Shown one piece after another: positions 13,477 through 26,749 of a stretch of 64,000 bases of DNA. The stretch lies in assembly GCF_018350175.1 (NCBI RefSeq), contig NC_058369.1, positions 1,986,001-2,050,000 of the forward strand, in the 5' to 3' direction. Source of the stretch: Felis catus. Its lineage: Eukaryota. Below the pieces are notes generated by a model. That model was not told the origin of the DNA and did no database searches. It saw only the letters and a list, made by a program, of their open reading frames with translations. The position numbers and the translations under genes were made by a program. Each line of letters begins with the position of its first letter. Positions within the stretch are counted from its first letter, which is position 1.

Positions 13477-15674
13477 CGTGTGTGTATATGCACACACCAC
13501 ATCTTCTTTATCCATTCATCTGTTGATGGACACTTGGGCTCTTTCCATATTTTGGCTATTGTCGATAGCTCTGCTATAAACATTGGGGTGAATATGTCCT
13601 TTTGAAACAGCATACCTGTAGCCTTTGGATAAATACCTAGTAGTGAAATTGCTGGGTTATAGGGTAGTTCTATTTTTAATTTTTTGAGGAACCTCCATAC
13701 TGTTTTCCAGAGTGGCTGCACCAGTGTGCATTCCCAACAGCAGTACAAAAGAGTTCTCCTTTCCCCACATCCTTGACAACATCTGTTGTTGCCTGAGTTG
13801 TTAATGTTAGCCATTCTGACAGGTTTAAGGTGGTATCTCATTATGGTTTTGATTTGTGTTTGTATTGATTTGATTTGTATTTCCGTGATGTTGAGCATTT
13901 TTTCATGCTCAACTTTGATAAGTTCTTTATAGATTTTGGATACTAACCTTTTATCTGATATGTCATTTGAAAATGTCTTCTCCCATTCCATTAGTTATCT
14001 TTTAGTTTTGCTGATTGTTTCCAAGTTTTTATCTTGATGAGGTCCCAGTAGTTCATTTTTGGTTTAGTTTCCCTTGCTTCTGGAGACATATTGACTAAGA
14101 AATTGCTGTGGTTGAAGTCAAAGAGGTTTTTGCCTCATTTTCTCCTCAAGGATTTTGATGGCTTCCTGTCTTACATTTAGGTCTTTCATCCATGTTGAGT
14201 TTATTTTTGTGTGTGGTGTAAGAAAGTGGTCCAGGTTCATTCTTCTGCCTGTCGCTGTCCAGTTTTCCCAGCACCACGTGCTGAAGAGACTGTCTTTATT
14301 CCATTGGATATTCTTTCCTGCTTTGTCAAAGATTAGTTGGCCATATGTTTGTGGGTCCATTTCTGGGTTCTCTACTCTGTTCCATTGATCTGAGTGTCTG
14401 TTCTTGTGCCAGTACCATACTGTCTTGATGATTACAGCTTTGTAATACATCCTGAAGTCTGGGATTGTGATGCCTCCAGCTTTGGTTTTCTTTTTCAGGA
14501 TTGCTTTGACTATTTGGGGTCTTTTCTGGTTCCATGCAAAGTTTAGGATTGTTTGTTCTAGCTCTGTGAAGAATGCTGGTGTTATTTTGATAGGGATTGC
14601 ATTGAATATGTAGATTGCTTTGGGTAGTATCAACATTTTAACATTATTTGTTCTGTCCATGAGCATGGAACATTTTTCCATTTTTTGTGTCTTCTTCAAT
14701 TTCTTTCATAAGTTTCTAAAGTTTTCAGTGTATAGATTTTTCACCTCTTTGATTAGGTTTTTTCCTAGGTATTTTATGTGTTTTGGTGCAATTTTAAATT
14801 GAGATCAATTCCTTGATTTCTCTTTCTGTTACTTCATCATTGGTGTATAGAAATGCAACTGATTTCTGTGCATTGACTTTATATCCTGCGCCTTTGCCGA
14901 ATTCATGGATCAGTTCTAGCACTTTTTTGGTGGAATCTTTTGGGTTTTCCATATAGAGAATCATATCATCTGCAAAGAGTGAAAGTATGTCTTCCTCCTG
15001 GCCGATTTGGATGACTTTTGTTCCTTTGTGTCGTCTGATTGCTGAGGCTAGGACTTCCAATGCTATATTGAATAACAGTGGCGAGAGTGGACATCCCTGT
15101 CGTGTTCCTGACACTAGGGGGAAAGCTCTCAGTTTTTCCCCATTGAGGATGATATTAGCAGTGGGTCTCTCATGTATGGCATTTATGGTCTTGAGGTATG
15201 ATCCTTCTATCCCTGCTTTCTTGAGGGTTTTTATCAGGAAAGGATGCTGTATTTTGTCAATGCTTTCTCTGCATTTGTTGAGAGGATCATGTAGTTCTTG
15301 TCCTTTCTTTTATTAATGTGATGTACTGCATTGATTTGTGGATATCGAACCAGCCCTGCATTCCAGGTATAAATCCCACTTGATCATGGTGAATAATTCT
15401 TTTAATGTATTGTTGGATCCATTTGGCTAGTATCTTGTTGAGAATTTTTGCATCCGTGTTCATCAATGAAATTAGTCTGTAGCTCTCCTTTTTAGGGGGT
15501 CTTTGTCTAGTTCTGGAATGAAGGTAATGCTGGCCTCATAGAATGAGTTTGGAAGTTTTCCTTCCATTTCTGTTTTTTGGAACAGCTTCAACAGAATAGG
15601 TGTTAACTCTTTAAATGTTTAGTAGAGTTCCCCTGAAAAGCCATCTGGCCCAGAACTCTGTCTTTTTGGGAGAA

Positions 15675-15705
15675 TTTTTTTTTTTTTTTTTAGTGTTTGT
15701 TTATT

Positions 15706-15761
<56 letters not shown>

Positions 15762-15925
15762 ATGGGGGAGGGGCAGAGAAAGAGAGGGAGACACAGAATC
15801 TGAAACAGGTTCCAGGTTCTTAGCTGTCAGCACAGAGCCCAACACAGGGTTTGAACTCGGGAATGGTGAGATCATGACCTAGGCTGAAGTCAGATGCTTA
15901 ACCAACTGAGCCACCCAGGTGCTCC
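15675..15925 (-). mobile_element. Can-SINE with long (GA)n, inside the L1
   Basis: Reverse SINE; (GA)n at 15709-15758. Confidence 0.92.
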
Positions 15926-17089
15926 TAGAGATTTTTGATTATTAATTCAATTTCTTTACTGGTTTTGAGTCTGTTCAAATTTTCTATTTCTTCCTGTTTC
16001 AGTTTTGGTAGTTATATGTTTCTAGGAATTTGTCCATTTCTCCCAGATTGCCCATTTTATTGGCATCTAATTGCTCATAATATTCATTTATTACTGTTTG
16101 TATTTCTGCAGTGTTGGTTGTGATCTCTCTTTCATTTGTGTTTTTATTTATTTGGGTCTTTCCTTTTTCTTTATGATCAATCTGGCTAGGGGTTTATCAA
16201 TTTTGTTAATTCTTTCAAAGGACCAGCTCCTGGTTGCATTGATCTGTTCTACTGTTTGTTTGCTTGCCTGTTTTATTTTAATAGCATTGATTTCCACTAT
16301 AATATTTATTATGTCCCATCTTCTGCTGGTTTTGAACTTTATTTGCTGTTCTTTTTCCAGCTCTTTAAGGTGTAAGGTTAGGTTGTGTATCTAAGACCTT
16401 TATTCCTTCTTTAGGAATGCCTGAATTGCTATATACTTCCCTTTTATGATCGCCTTTGCTGCATCCCAGAGGTTTGGGGCTGTGGTATTATCATTTCCAT
16501 TGACTTCCATGTACTTTTTAATTTCCTCTTTAACTTCATGGTTAGCCTATTCATTCTTTAGTAGTATGTTCTTCAGTTTCCAAGTATTTGTTGTCTTTCC
16601 ATTTTTTTCTTGTAGTTGATTTCAAGTTTCATAGCTCTATGGTCTGAAAATATGCATGGTATGATCTCAGTCTTTTTGTACATTTTGAGAGGGCTGATTT
16701 GTGTTCCAGTATGTGATCTGTTCTGGAGAATGTTCCATGTGCACTTGAGAAGAATGTGTATTCTGCTGCTTTAGGATGAAAAGTTCTGAATATATCTGTT
16801 AAGTCCATCTGGTCCAGTGTGTCATTCAAAGCCATTGTTTCCTTGTTGAGTTTCTGCTTAGATGCTCTGTCCATTGTTGTAAATGGGGTGTTAAAGTCCC
16901 CTACTATTATGGTATTATCGTCAATGCGTTTCTTTATGTTTGTGGTAAATTGATTTATATATTTGGGTGCACCACGTTAGGGGCCTAAATGTTCACAATT
17001 GTTAGATCTTGGTGGATGGACCCCCTAATTATGATATAATGCCCTTCTTAATCTCTTGTTACACTTTAATTTTAAAATCTAGATTGTCT

Positions 17090-17297
17090 GGGGCACCTGC
17101 ATGGCTCAGTAGGTTGGGCGTCCAACTTCAGCTCAGGTCATGATCTTACACTTCGTGGGTTCAAGCCCCGTGTCAGGCTCTGTGCTGGCAGCTTGGAGCC
17201 TGGAGCCTGCTTCCAATTCTGGCGCTCTCTCTCGCTACCCCTCCCCGACTTGTGCTCTGTCTCTCAAAAGTGAATAAATGTTAATAAATAAATAAAT
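17090..17297 (+). mobile_element. Can-SINE inside the L1
   Basis: TSD ~TAAAATCTAGATTGTCTG. Confidence 0.92.
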
Positions 17298-19680
17298 AAA
17301 ATCCATATTGTCTGATACAATTGTGGCTACTCCAGCTTTTGGCAACCTTTAGTATGATAGATGGTTCTCCACCCCCTTACTTTCAATCTGAAGGTGTCTT
17401 TAGGTCTAAAATGGGTCTCTTGTAAGCAGCATATAGATGGATCTTGTTTTCTTATCCATTCTGTTTCGCTGTGTCTTTTGATTGGAACTTTTAGTCCATT
17501 GACATTTAGAGTGAGTACTGAAAGATAGGTATGTATTGCCATTGTATTGCCTGTATAGTTGGAGTTTCTGATGGTGTTCTCTGGGCCTTTCTAGTCTTTG
17601 TTGCTTTTGGTGTTTTTGTTTTGTTTTGTCTTTTCTCCCCTCAGAGAGTCCCTGTTAAAATTTCCTGCAGGGCTGGTTTAGTGGTCAGGAGCTTTTTTAG
17701 TTTTTTTTCTCTGGGAAACTCTTTATGTCTCCTCTATTTTGAATAACAGCCTTGCTGGAGAAAGAATTCTTGACTGCACATTTTTCTGATTCAGCACATT
17801 GAATATATCCTGCCACTTCTTTCTGGCCTGCCAGGTTTCTGTGGCTAGGTGTGTTGCGAACCTGATCTGTCTTTCCTTATAGGTTAAGGACTTTTTTCCC
17901 TTGCTGCTTTCATAATTCTTTCCCTGTCTGCATATTTTGTTAATTTGACTATGATATGCCTTGTTGATGGTCAGTTTTTGTTGAATCTAATGGGAATTCT
18001 CTGTGCTTCCTGGATTTTGATGTCTGTCTTCCCCCAGGTTAGGAAAGTTTTCCACTATGATTTGCTCACACAAAACTTTGACCCCTTTTTCTTTCTCTTC
18101 TTCTTCTGGGATCTCTATGATTTTGATGTTACTCCTTTTTAATGAGTCACTGAGTTCTCTAATTCTTATATCATGCTCTTTTGCCTTAGTTTCCCTCTTG
18201 TTTTTTGCTTCATTCTCCATGTTTGTCTTCTGTATTGCTGATTTGCTGCTCTGCTTCATCCGTCCTTGCTGCTTTGGGAACCATTGAGATTGCATCTCAA
18301 TTATAGCATTTTTAATTTTGTCCTGACTATATTTTACTTCTTTTATCTCCGCAGAAAGGTATTCTATTTTTTTTTCACCCCAAGCTAGTATTATTATCGT
18401 GGCTCTAAATTCTAGTTCAGACATCTTACTTATATCTGTGTTAAGTCCTTGGCTGTCATTTCTTCCTGTTCTTTCTTTTGGAGTGAATTCCTTGATTTTG
18501 TCATTTTAGAGGAAGAAAAATAATAAATAAAAAATTAAATTAAAAATTAAAAACAACACAAAAAAGTCAAGTAAAGGAAGCTAGGTTCTAAGTGTGTTTT
18601 GATCTGGTTGCTGAAAGAGCTTGATAGAATATAGAAAAAAAAGGAAAGAAAAAAGAAAACTTTAAAAAATTTAAAAGGATGTATACAGTAAAATAAAATA
18701 AAATTAAGAAAGTAAAACAGACTAAAAATTTACAAAAAAAATAAAAATAGAAAAATCTTCCTTCATAAAAATGGAAAGTAAAAATAATTTTTTTCTCTTT
18801 CTGTTCAAGAATAAGAAAAGAAAAAAATGAATAGATGGACCAGCAATCAGAATGAAATCCGAATGAAATTACATTGGTTTCCCTAGAAGTCAAACTATGA
18901 AGCATTTTATAGTCTGTACACTAAGCAGGCAGAGAGACTTGTGGTGATCCTCTAGGGCTTGGTTGGTGTAGTTGGACCGGGCTTGGTGTAATGGCTCTGT
19001 ACTCCACTAGGTGGTGCTGCTTAGCTTACTGGGGGTGGATTGGTGTGTCACATGTATGAGTGTATGTGCATGCTCAGAAGAGGTGAAAATGGTGTCACCC
19101 AGCTTCCCAGTCTCTAGGATCAGAACTCTGCTCTCGCCAACTAGCAACCAAGCATCCCTCCTTTGTCTCCAGCTTCCATCCACTCACCGCTTCTACACTG
19201 TCCGCAACCAAGCCTTCAGCCTGCCAAGCAGCACCTCCCTCCCGAATTTTATCTCAGATGGGGCTGTGTTTCCAAATCCCTCACTTCTGAGGGCCCTGAG
19301 GCTTGAACCTGCTCTGACCCTCTGGGGAGGGTATCTTTGAGTAATGGCTGGGTGCCAGCCTACCCCCAGGAATGTTCACATGACTGTGCTGCTGTAGATA
19401 CTCAGAGACTGTGGCTGGTGCCAGTCCGCCCCAGAAAAATTTAGCATTATCATGTAGCAGCAGTGGTTCGGGGACTATGGTAAATCAAAACATACATCTG
19501 ACGCCACGTTTCACCGCTCCCTCATGCCCCCTAACGTCCTTGTTCCAATACCAGCAAACATGGCTGAAATATGGGGTCTGCTGAGATCTTTGCCTGTGAG
19601 GAAGCTGCATGGCCTCTACCATATATCCTCCTGGCAGGGGACCTGCCTTTCCCCATATGGTCCGAGGACCCCCAGGACCT

Positions 19681-20040
19681 GAGAACAAAGGAGAGGATGC
19701 TCTTTTATAGGCAAAGGAGGACTAGGGAGAGGGGAGGAGCTCTTATACAGAAAAAGTCCATTTGAGCAAACTGCGGTTTGAAGATGGTGGCTTCTCATTG
19801 ACTGAGCTGTCACCATCTCTCATTGGCGGAGCTGTGACTGTCTCATTGGGGTGTGACAGCCTCTCATTGGCTAGACTGTTGCTGGGCAGGGGAAAGTTTT
19901 CTCAATGGGGTAAGGGCAGTAAAGTCTTTTCCTGTTGAGTCTGCAGGTGGCCAGGGGTTGAACAAGGAGCATCTCCGGCTGGCCTCCTGCCTTTATTTTA
20001 TTTCCCTTTTGTGTTCTCACAAAACTTACACCTTTTGACG
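19681..20040 (-). mobile_element. LTR remnant with four ATTGG-type units, abutting the L1 5' end
   Basis: Homologous to 52800-53160. Confidence 0.65.
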
Positions 20041-20099
20041 TTTTACTTTCTGCTGTGATTTTCTTTAACTCCTTTACAACTACCACTTTTTATTTATAA

Positions 20100-21340
20100 A
20101 AATGACGTTGTCACTTCTAATCTTGAAAACCTCAATATTGCTTATGAAATGGTCTTTGACAAAGAACACCAGGAGTCTTGGCCTTGCAGGTTAAGACTGT
20201 GGGATGGGGAGCCAGACACACATCTTCCCTACTTGTCTGTCAACAACTAGAACAGTGTCGTTGGTGAGGTGAGTCTTAGTTGTGGTGGGAATGAGTTCTT
20301 ACACGGAGCTCCAGGCATAACTGCGTTGAGGACACTATTAATTTCTGGAAATTCTGTTCCCAATGTGTGTTTTCCAAATAGCTCTTCGATGTTTACATGA
20401 AAATCGATACCAGAATGGAAACATGTCCTTATTCCCTTACTTGTTCTTACTAGGAATAGTGCTGATAGTGCTCAACAGGAGGTTTCTTTTTGTGATGGGT
20501 GGGTAATTGGTTGGTAATGTTTCACCCATCGATGTATCCTTGTATTAATTCCAGTGGAGGAAAAATGGGCCATGCCTTTCTCTTTTCCTTCAAACCACTG
20601 ATACTTCTGTTGATCTGCCCCCAATTGACATAAATCAGTTTCTATTGCTGTGTCAGATGGCCTCCAGGGATGCTTCTCTGGCCCCGGGCATGGTCGTAGT
20701 CCAGTTGTATTTCAGGTTGGGTTTCATGTCTGAGATGTTGTGTAAGGGGAGCTGCAGTCCCACTGGGATGTGGGGAAGGAAACAGTAAAGGAAATGTACA
20801 GGAATGTGGTAGCATAAATGGAAAATAGAGATACCTGTACACTGTGCAGTCTGCAGAGAGGAATGCTTATGTCTTATCATTCCAACCAGGGTCAGAATGG
20901 GCTTTCCCTGTCTACTGTCCTCAGTTCACCAAAATGACCTTGTCATGGGATGACAACACACTGACCTAACAACATGGAAAGTGTGGATCACAACAACATC
21001 GCAATTTCTGCACTGGCGGGAAAGAGTCCGTATGTGACATTTGATGTGGGATTCTTGCTCGTTCATAGAAAAACCATGAAATCCCTGATTTTAAACATTG
21101 TCTAAAAAGAGTTCACAATTGCAAATACTCAGAGGATGTTTTCTTTGTGAATTTATGTTCCTTTTCTTTGCAGTGCCCTTCTGATTCTGAGTCTGCAGTT
21201 TTGCAGGACAACCACTGAGTACCTGTATAGAGGCCTTGAAGGTGCACCTGTTCTGTGGCCATTAAAGGTTGGCCAGTCTTGGCGATGACAGGAGGGGGCA
21301 CGGGAAGGCCCAGGACCACAGACAACCTTATCCTCAGGTC
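20100..21340 (-). mobile_element. Possible highly decayed ERV gag/leader remnant
   Basis: Only weak capsid-like peptide fragments on the minus strand (VNWGQI...). Confidence 0.3.
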
Positions 21341-22071
21341 TGAGACGGACAGTCAGTGCGTAGAGATGGGGTGACTGTGGGAGGCACCGAGGGAGCGAGC
21401 CTAAATGGGCAGCTGGGAAGAAGTGAGCGTGAGGACATGTGGGCGAGTGTCTGCAGTGCCTGGGTCAACATGGAATATAATTGTGTGCTTTGAGCAAACA
21501 TTGCTTTGCTTTGAGCCGGCTGTGTGGCACATCTGAGGGGGCTCAACTTTTAGCACCTGATACCGAGTATAGAGTCTGGGAAAGAAAGGATAAATTTTAA
21601 TCATAATCCTGAGTTGTTTGTTTTGTTGTTGTTGTTCCTATGCTTGGTGCCCTCTAAAAATTCACCTAGATTTATAGGCCTCAGTTAACTCCTACAAGGA
21701 GAGGGGGAAAAAAGTATAGGATTTGAGCAACTAGATTTCTATGTGCCGACAGGGTTCCCTTAAGGAGGACATTTAACACACTGCCGGATATGAGGAAGCA
21801 GCACGTCCGTGTTCACACAGTCGGTGAGAATGGCAGTCATAGCCTCAGACACGGAAGCCGGCCCGGCGCTCGGTACTGGGCTGTGACATTCACTGAGCAG
21901 AAACCATTTCACCCGCCTGTCCTCGGACGAGGCACTCCCTTGTCTGTGATGCGTCAAGGCACATGAAGACCATGATACGGTCATGGGTGTAAAGAGGCTA
22001 AAAAATAGAGTCCAGTCCATACAGCTCCCCACATATTCCCTGCTTCTTGCTGATGTGCCTGCTGCCTCTTT

Positions 22072-22294
22072 TCTTTTTAAAAATTTTTTAAAAATGTTTA
22101 TTTTATTTTTGAGAGAGAGAGACAGAGCATGAGCAGGGGAGGGGCAGAGAGACGGGTAGACACAGAATCCGAAGCAGGCTCCAGGCTCTGAGCTGTCAGC
22201 ACAGATCCCGACACGGGGCTCGAACTCATGAACCAGGAGATCATGACCTGAGCCAAAGTAGGACGCTTAACCGACTGAACCACCCAGGCACCCC
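22072..22294 (-). mobile_element. Can-SINE
   Basis: TSD TGCTGCCTCTTT. Confidence 0.93.
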
Positions 22295-23995
22295 TTGCTG
22301 CCTCTTTATTCATAGTTTGAGCTGCACCGCATCCCGCCTGCTTTCTAGACAAGAAGTGTGAAGATCTCCAATCACAAACTTACCTGTACCTCCTGACGGC
22401 ATCTAGTCCAGAATAAAGGAGCCCTTCCCACACGCCCCCATCATCTGTCACACGTCTGCATGAATCATGTCAGAACACGTCCTCACGCGGTACATGTCAC
22501 AGTGTGTCCCTCACACCGACACCTCCGCCCACCTTCATGAGTTGTGGTCATCCAATGTCCCGATCCACTGTGATCCTCTCTGCCGACAGGTGTGGTCCTG
22601 GTGGTCTTTGAGTGGAGGGCATTGATGAAGTCATCGCCTTAGTCTTAGTAATGTGTTACAATCACGGTAATGACAAAGATCGTAAGTATATAAGAATTTA
22701 AAATATCGACCCAAGAGAAAAAATCCCTAAAATCCTGTGCAGCTGGTACCATGACTAAGAATGCATGAAAATATTAACCAAGAATTGTCCTAAATGAGAA
22801 ATAGCAAGGCTGACTTGACACTACATAAGTGCAAAGGGCTATTTTGATAAAATCTCTCAGCCAATGAAAAGTTAAAGAGAATTATATTCGTTAGTATACA
22901 GGTGGTTTTTAAAAATGATTGACAAGTTTTCTTCCGGGCAACAGGCATACAAACTTGTGTTTGACTAAACAAATGCACGCAGTTTTTAATCACAATATAA
23001 AACGTGAACACTTTCTGAGTTCTTGGCTTCAACTCCCAAGTAAGAGAAATCTCCCACATCCCACCTGAGATATGCAGAAGGTGCTCGTTTCTCACACGGA
23101 AGGATAGAACAGTGCAGACACTCAACAGGGCAGTAGAGGGTCAGAGTCCCATGTGGTTTTTAGCTGCACCATTATATCTGTTGTCCTGGAATCAAGATGC
23201 CTGGTCTTCCACAATTACTGAGAGAATGGGTGCTTGCTATACAAATGACATGTTACACAAATACGGTAAGAAAAGGGGAGTCAAAGCATCAGAGAAATCC
23301 AAGAAACATGACTTTAAATCAGTGGCTCGGGGGACACAGTGGGGCTGGGTGGAAAACTCAAAGCTGTGGCTTTCTGACCATGGCATCTGATCCGTATTTG
23401 GGGGGTCATAGAGACATGAGTGGAAGGCAAGACTGCTAAGAAAATAGGAGGGGAAAAGGTTAGTGTTTGGTTTGGTACATGCTTGATTGACAGGCTGCTA
23501 GTTAGAAATTTGGGCTGCAGGCTGTTGGCAAATAAGCCCCTATGCATTTGTCCATCTGTATGGTGACCCCAACACTAGACTAGGGCATCTTCACCTCTAC
23601 TTTCAATACTCAGACCACCAGTGAGTTGTCACCTAGAACCACGAATATGGGGATTCTGGGAAATGTGGCTGTTAGCCTTATCCACAATGAAATAATTCAG
23701 CAGAACCATAATTATCTACGTAATTTTATTGACCTTTCACAGTCGCATGGAAAAATGGAGTACAGTGAAGGGACAAAAAGAAAAGGTATATGGAGATTAT
23801 ATATTTCTTAAATATACATACAGTCTGAAATATATATGTACATACAGTCTGAAACATACATGTATATTTTAGAGGGATAGCTCTATATGTGGTTGGAAGG
23901 ACTAGGAAAACAAAACAGTAAAGTAATGATTTCACGTAACACTGGAAGTTGATACCTAAATTCATGACAAGGTATATGCAGTACAAACACACACA

Positions 23996-24447
23996 TACTC
24001 TGGGTTCAGTATTGTACCCCCACATTTCCTGTCTATGTGGAACCTCAAAATACAGCCTTATCTAGAAATAAGGTGTTTGTACATTTAAGGAAGATGAGCC
24101 ACACTGGATTAGGGTAGGTCTTGACCCAGTGATGGGTGTCCTTATAAAGCTGGGAAATTGGGACACAGAGGCCTGCGCTGAAGACAGGGCTTGACCATGT
24201 GAGACAGAAGCAGGGATTGGCATGATGTGTCTACCCGCCGAGGAATGCAAGTGTTCTTTGGCAACCCCTGGAAGCTGGGAGGGAGGCCTGGGACACATTC
24301 TCCTTCAGAACTTTCAGAAGGAACCAACCTTGCAGACAACTTGATCTCAGGCTTCCAGCCACCTCAATTTTCTGTCCACCAATATCTGTCCTCTCAGCCG
24401 CCCAGTGTGTAGCACTGTGTTACAGCAGCCCCAGGAGAAGAATGCAT
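23996..24447 (+). mobile_element. MaLR LTR (MLT1-like)
   Basis: Typical MLT1 motifs: ggattagggtagg...gtgtccttataa, gaaggaaccaacc...ttgatctcag.cttccagcc, gttacagcagcc. Confidence 0.85.
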
Positions 24448-25239
24448 TCCGAAGGAGGGAAGGGACCCCGGATATCCAAGGGACAGCTGGAAGCCGCTGT
24501 GCCCCCAGCAGAGTGAGAAGGGAAGAGGAACAGGAGATGTGAGAGGAGAGGACGGGGTGGGTCACATGTGCCACTCAGCCAAGAAGACTGACTTTGGTGG
24601 TGGGTGGTGTGGACCCTCAAGATGAACTGATAGGGCAGCTTCACTGGACCCATTACCGTGACAACAGACAGCAAGATGGCGATGTCCAAGGTGGTGGATC
24701 ACTCTGGGTGGATCATAGCACTGGCAATGATGTGGAGGTTGGAGTGCAGACAGAATTAGAGTTGGAGCCATGAGAATTTCGCGGTTTGCAGGTGGGCTGA
24801 GAGAGATTCCAGGAAATGTTCCCACGATGTCAATACTTCGCCAATAGTTGGATGGTTTTAGTAGAATTTCATCAATACTATAACCAAGTTTTTCTTGGAA
24901 CTTCACAAATCCCACTTCAGAATTTTATACATAAGAACAATTGTTCGATCATGGACATGCTTTTCTATATAATGAGGTAGAGGGAATTACCCAAAAACGA
25001 GCAATCATCAAGAACTTGTATGTTGGAAGTATAATGCTGAAGGTATGGATGCATAGAAGTATTTTCACATAGGAATCAAAGATCATCACTTAAAACAGAA
25101 ACACCTTCATGGGCTTGCACATTAGACAAGTGTCCAGGGACATGTGTGTTATCAGAGCATCTCAGTTCCAGGCCTTGGGAACAGCTGTGCTGAGAATCCC
25201 CAGCCCTGAAGGGGCCTGTTCTGGATAATTCGAGAGTGA

Positions 25240-26130
25240 AAGAAACTCAGGGAGAAGTCTTGATGAACTTGTATTCGGTAAGATTTCTTAACTGTGACCT
25301 GATAATCACAGGGAACACAAGAAAAAGTAGGTAAATGAAGCTTCCGCAAGATGAAAGTCTTCTGCACATCAAAGGTCACTAACAAGAGGTTATAAGGACA
25401 TCCATAAAATGGGAGAACGTCCTTGTAAATCGCATGTATGATAAGACTTTATCCTGCAGAATACACAAAAAACTCCTATCTGAATGACAAAAACTCATCG
25501 CCGTCAAAAAGGGAGCAAAACCTTGATCAGCCATTTCTCTTAAGATGATGCACAAATGTCTAATAGACACATGAAACGATCCTCCCATCAGGACGATGCG
25601 AGTCAGAACCACGATGAGATGCCACTTCTCACTCACGAGGACGGCTAGGAGCCAGAATCCAGAAAAGAAGCGGCAGCGAGGATGTGGAGAAAGGGGAACC
25701 CTGTGCTTGGCTGGTGGGAGTGTCAGGGCAGCTGACGTGGAAAAAAGTTTGGTGGTTCCTCAAGAAGTGAAACACAGAAGGGCAGTGTGACCCAAGTGTT
25801 CCAGGCCTACGTAAGCGGAAACAGACACTCAGATGTGTGCACACGAGTGCCAGGTGCAAAACTGTGCATTCCCCGCAAAAGAGGGAAACGTCCCAAGTGT
25901 CCCCCAGTGCGTGGATGGATGAACAGGGTGTGGCATAGACACAGGATGGACGGTGATTCAGCCCCAGAGAGGAATGAAGGACAGACACATCATGCACGTG
26001 AACGTATGGTGACAGTGTTATACCACGTGGAAGACACCAGCCACACAGACCACGTGGTGTGAGTCACTTACATTAAATAGAGTGGGCAAATCCGCAGAGA
26101 CACGAAGTATTTCAACAGTGCCCAGGAGGC
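25240..26130 (+). mobile_element. Ancient L1 3' fragment; its distal part is duplicated at 42085-42510
   Basis: Decayed L1 ORF2-end and 3' UTR motifs (gaggatgtggagaaa, cccaagtgtcc...ggatggatgaac). Confidence 0.75.
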
Positions 26131-26560
26131 ATGATTTCCTGGCTATTGTGGCCTTTAAATTTGTTTAGGAAAATGGAGATATTCACATCCCATAGGGCTC
26201 ACACTTGTAAGAGTAAAACCCAGCGTTCTTTTTATTTTGTGTGTTCCCAGAGCTGTCCCACATCAACACTCCACATCCACAGGGACTGATTACAAACTGG
26301 ATCTACCATGACTTTCTTTGCAGAATATAACGCACACCTGAGTATTGTAACGTGTCACGCCTCTGGCTGTGCCTGGCTGGGGCCGCGGGGTCCCACATCC
26401 CTTGGTGGCTGAGGCCTCAGGGCACTTTTGATTGACCTGAGGCCTGAGACGTGGAGGTTGGTTCAGAGGTCAGGGCCTCATGCTTTCAAAGGGCCAAGTT
26501 AAAACTCAAGGAGACCAATCATCCCTTAGGTGAGGCCACACACCAGTGACCTTTCTTCTC

Positions 26561-26711
26561 TCTTATTTTTTATTTTTTTTAATGTTCTTTTATTTTTGAG
26601 AGACAGAGGTAGAGCACAAGCGGTGGGGGGGGGGGGGGTGGGGAGGCGCAGAGAGAGAGGGAGTCACCGAATCTGAAGCAAGCTGCAGGCTCTGAGCCAC
26701 CCAGGCACCCC
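26561..26711 (-). mobile_element. Internally deleted Can-SINE
   Basis: Tail and head present, middle missing. Confidence 0.8.
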
Positions 26712-26749
26712 TTCAGTGAGCTGTTCTTAAACACAGGGGACAAGTGCAT

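Larger units (their letters stand above)
13003..19680 (-). mobile_element. Near full-length, inactivated carnivore L1 (partial 5' UTR, ORF1, ORF2, 3' UTR)
   Basis: ORF1 fragment 17987-18424; endonuclease (TLNVNGL, ICCLQETH) 17327-17542; RT ([22 protein letters not shown]) 14794-15114; C-terminal fragments 13350-14699; many stops and frameshifts. Confidence 0.95.

Noticed and set aside
13350..18424. Active L1
   Set aside because: ORFs are fragmented, two SINEs are inserted and the 5' UTR is truncated
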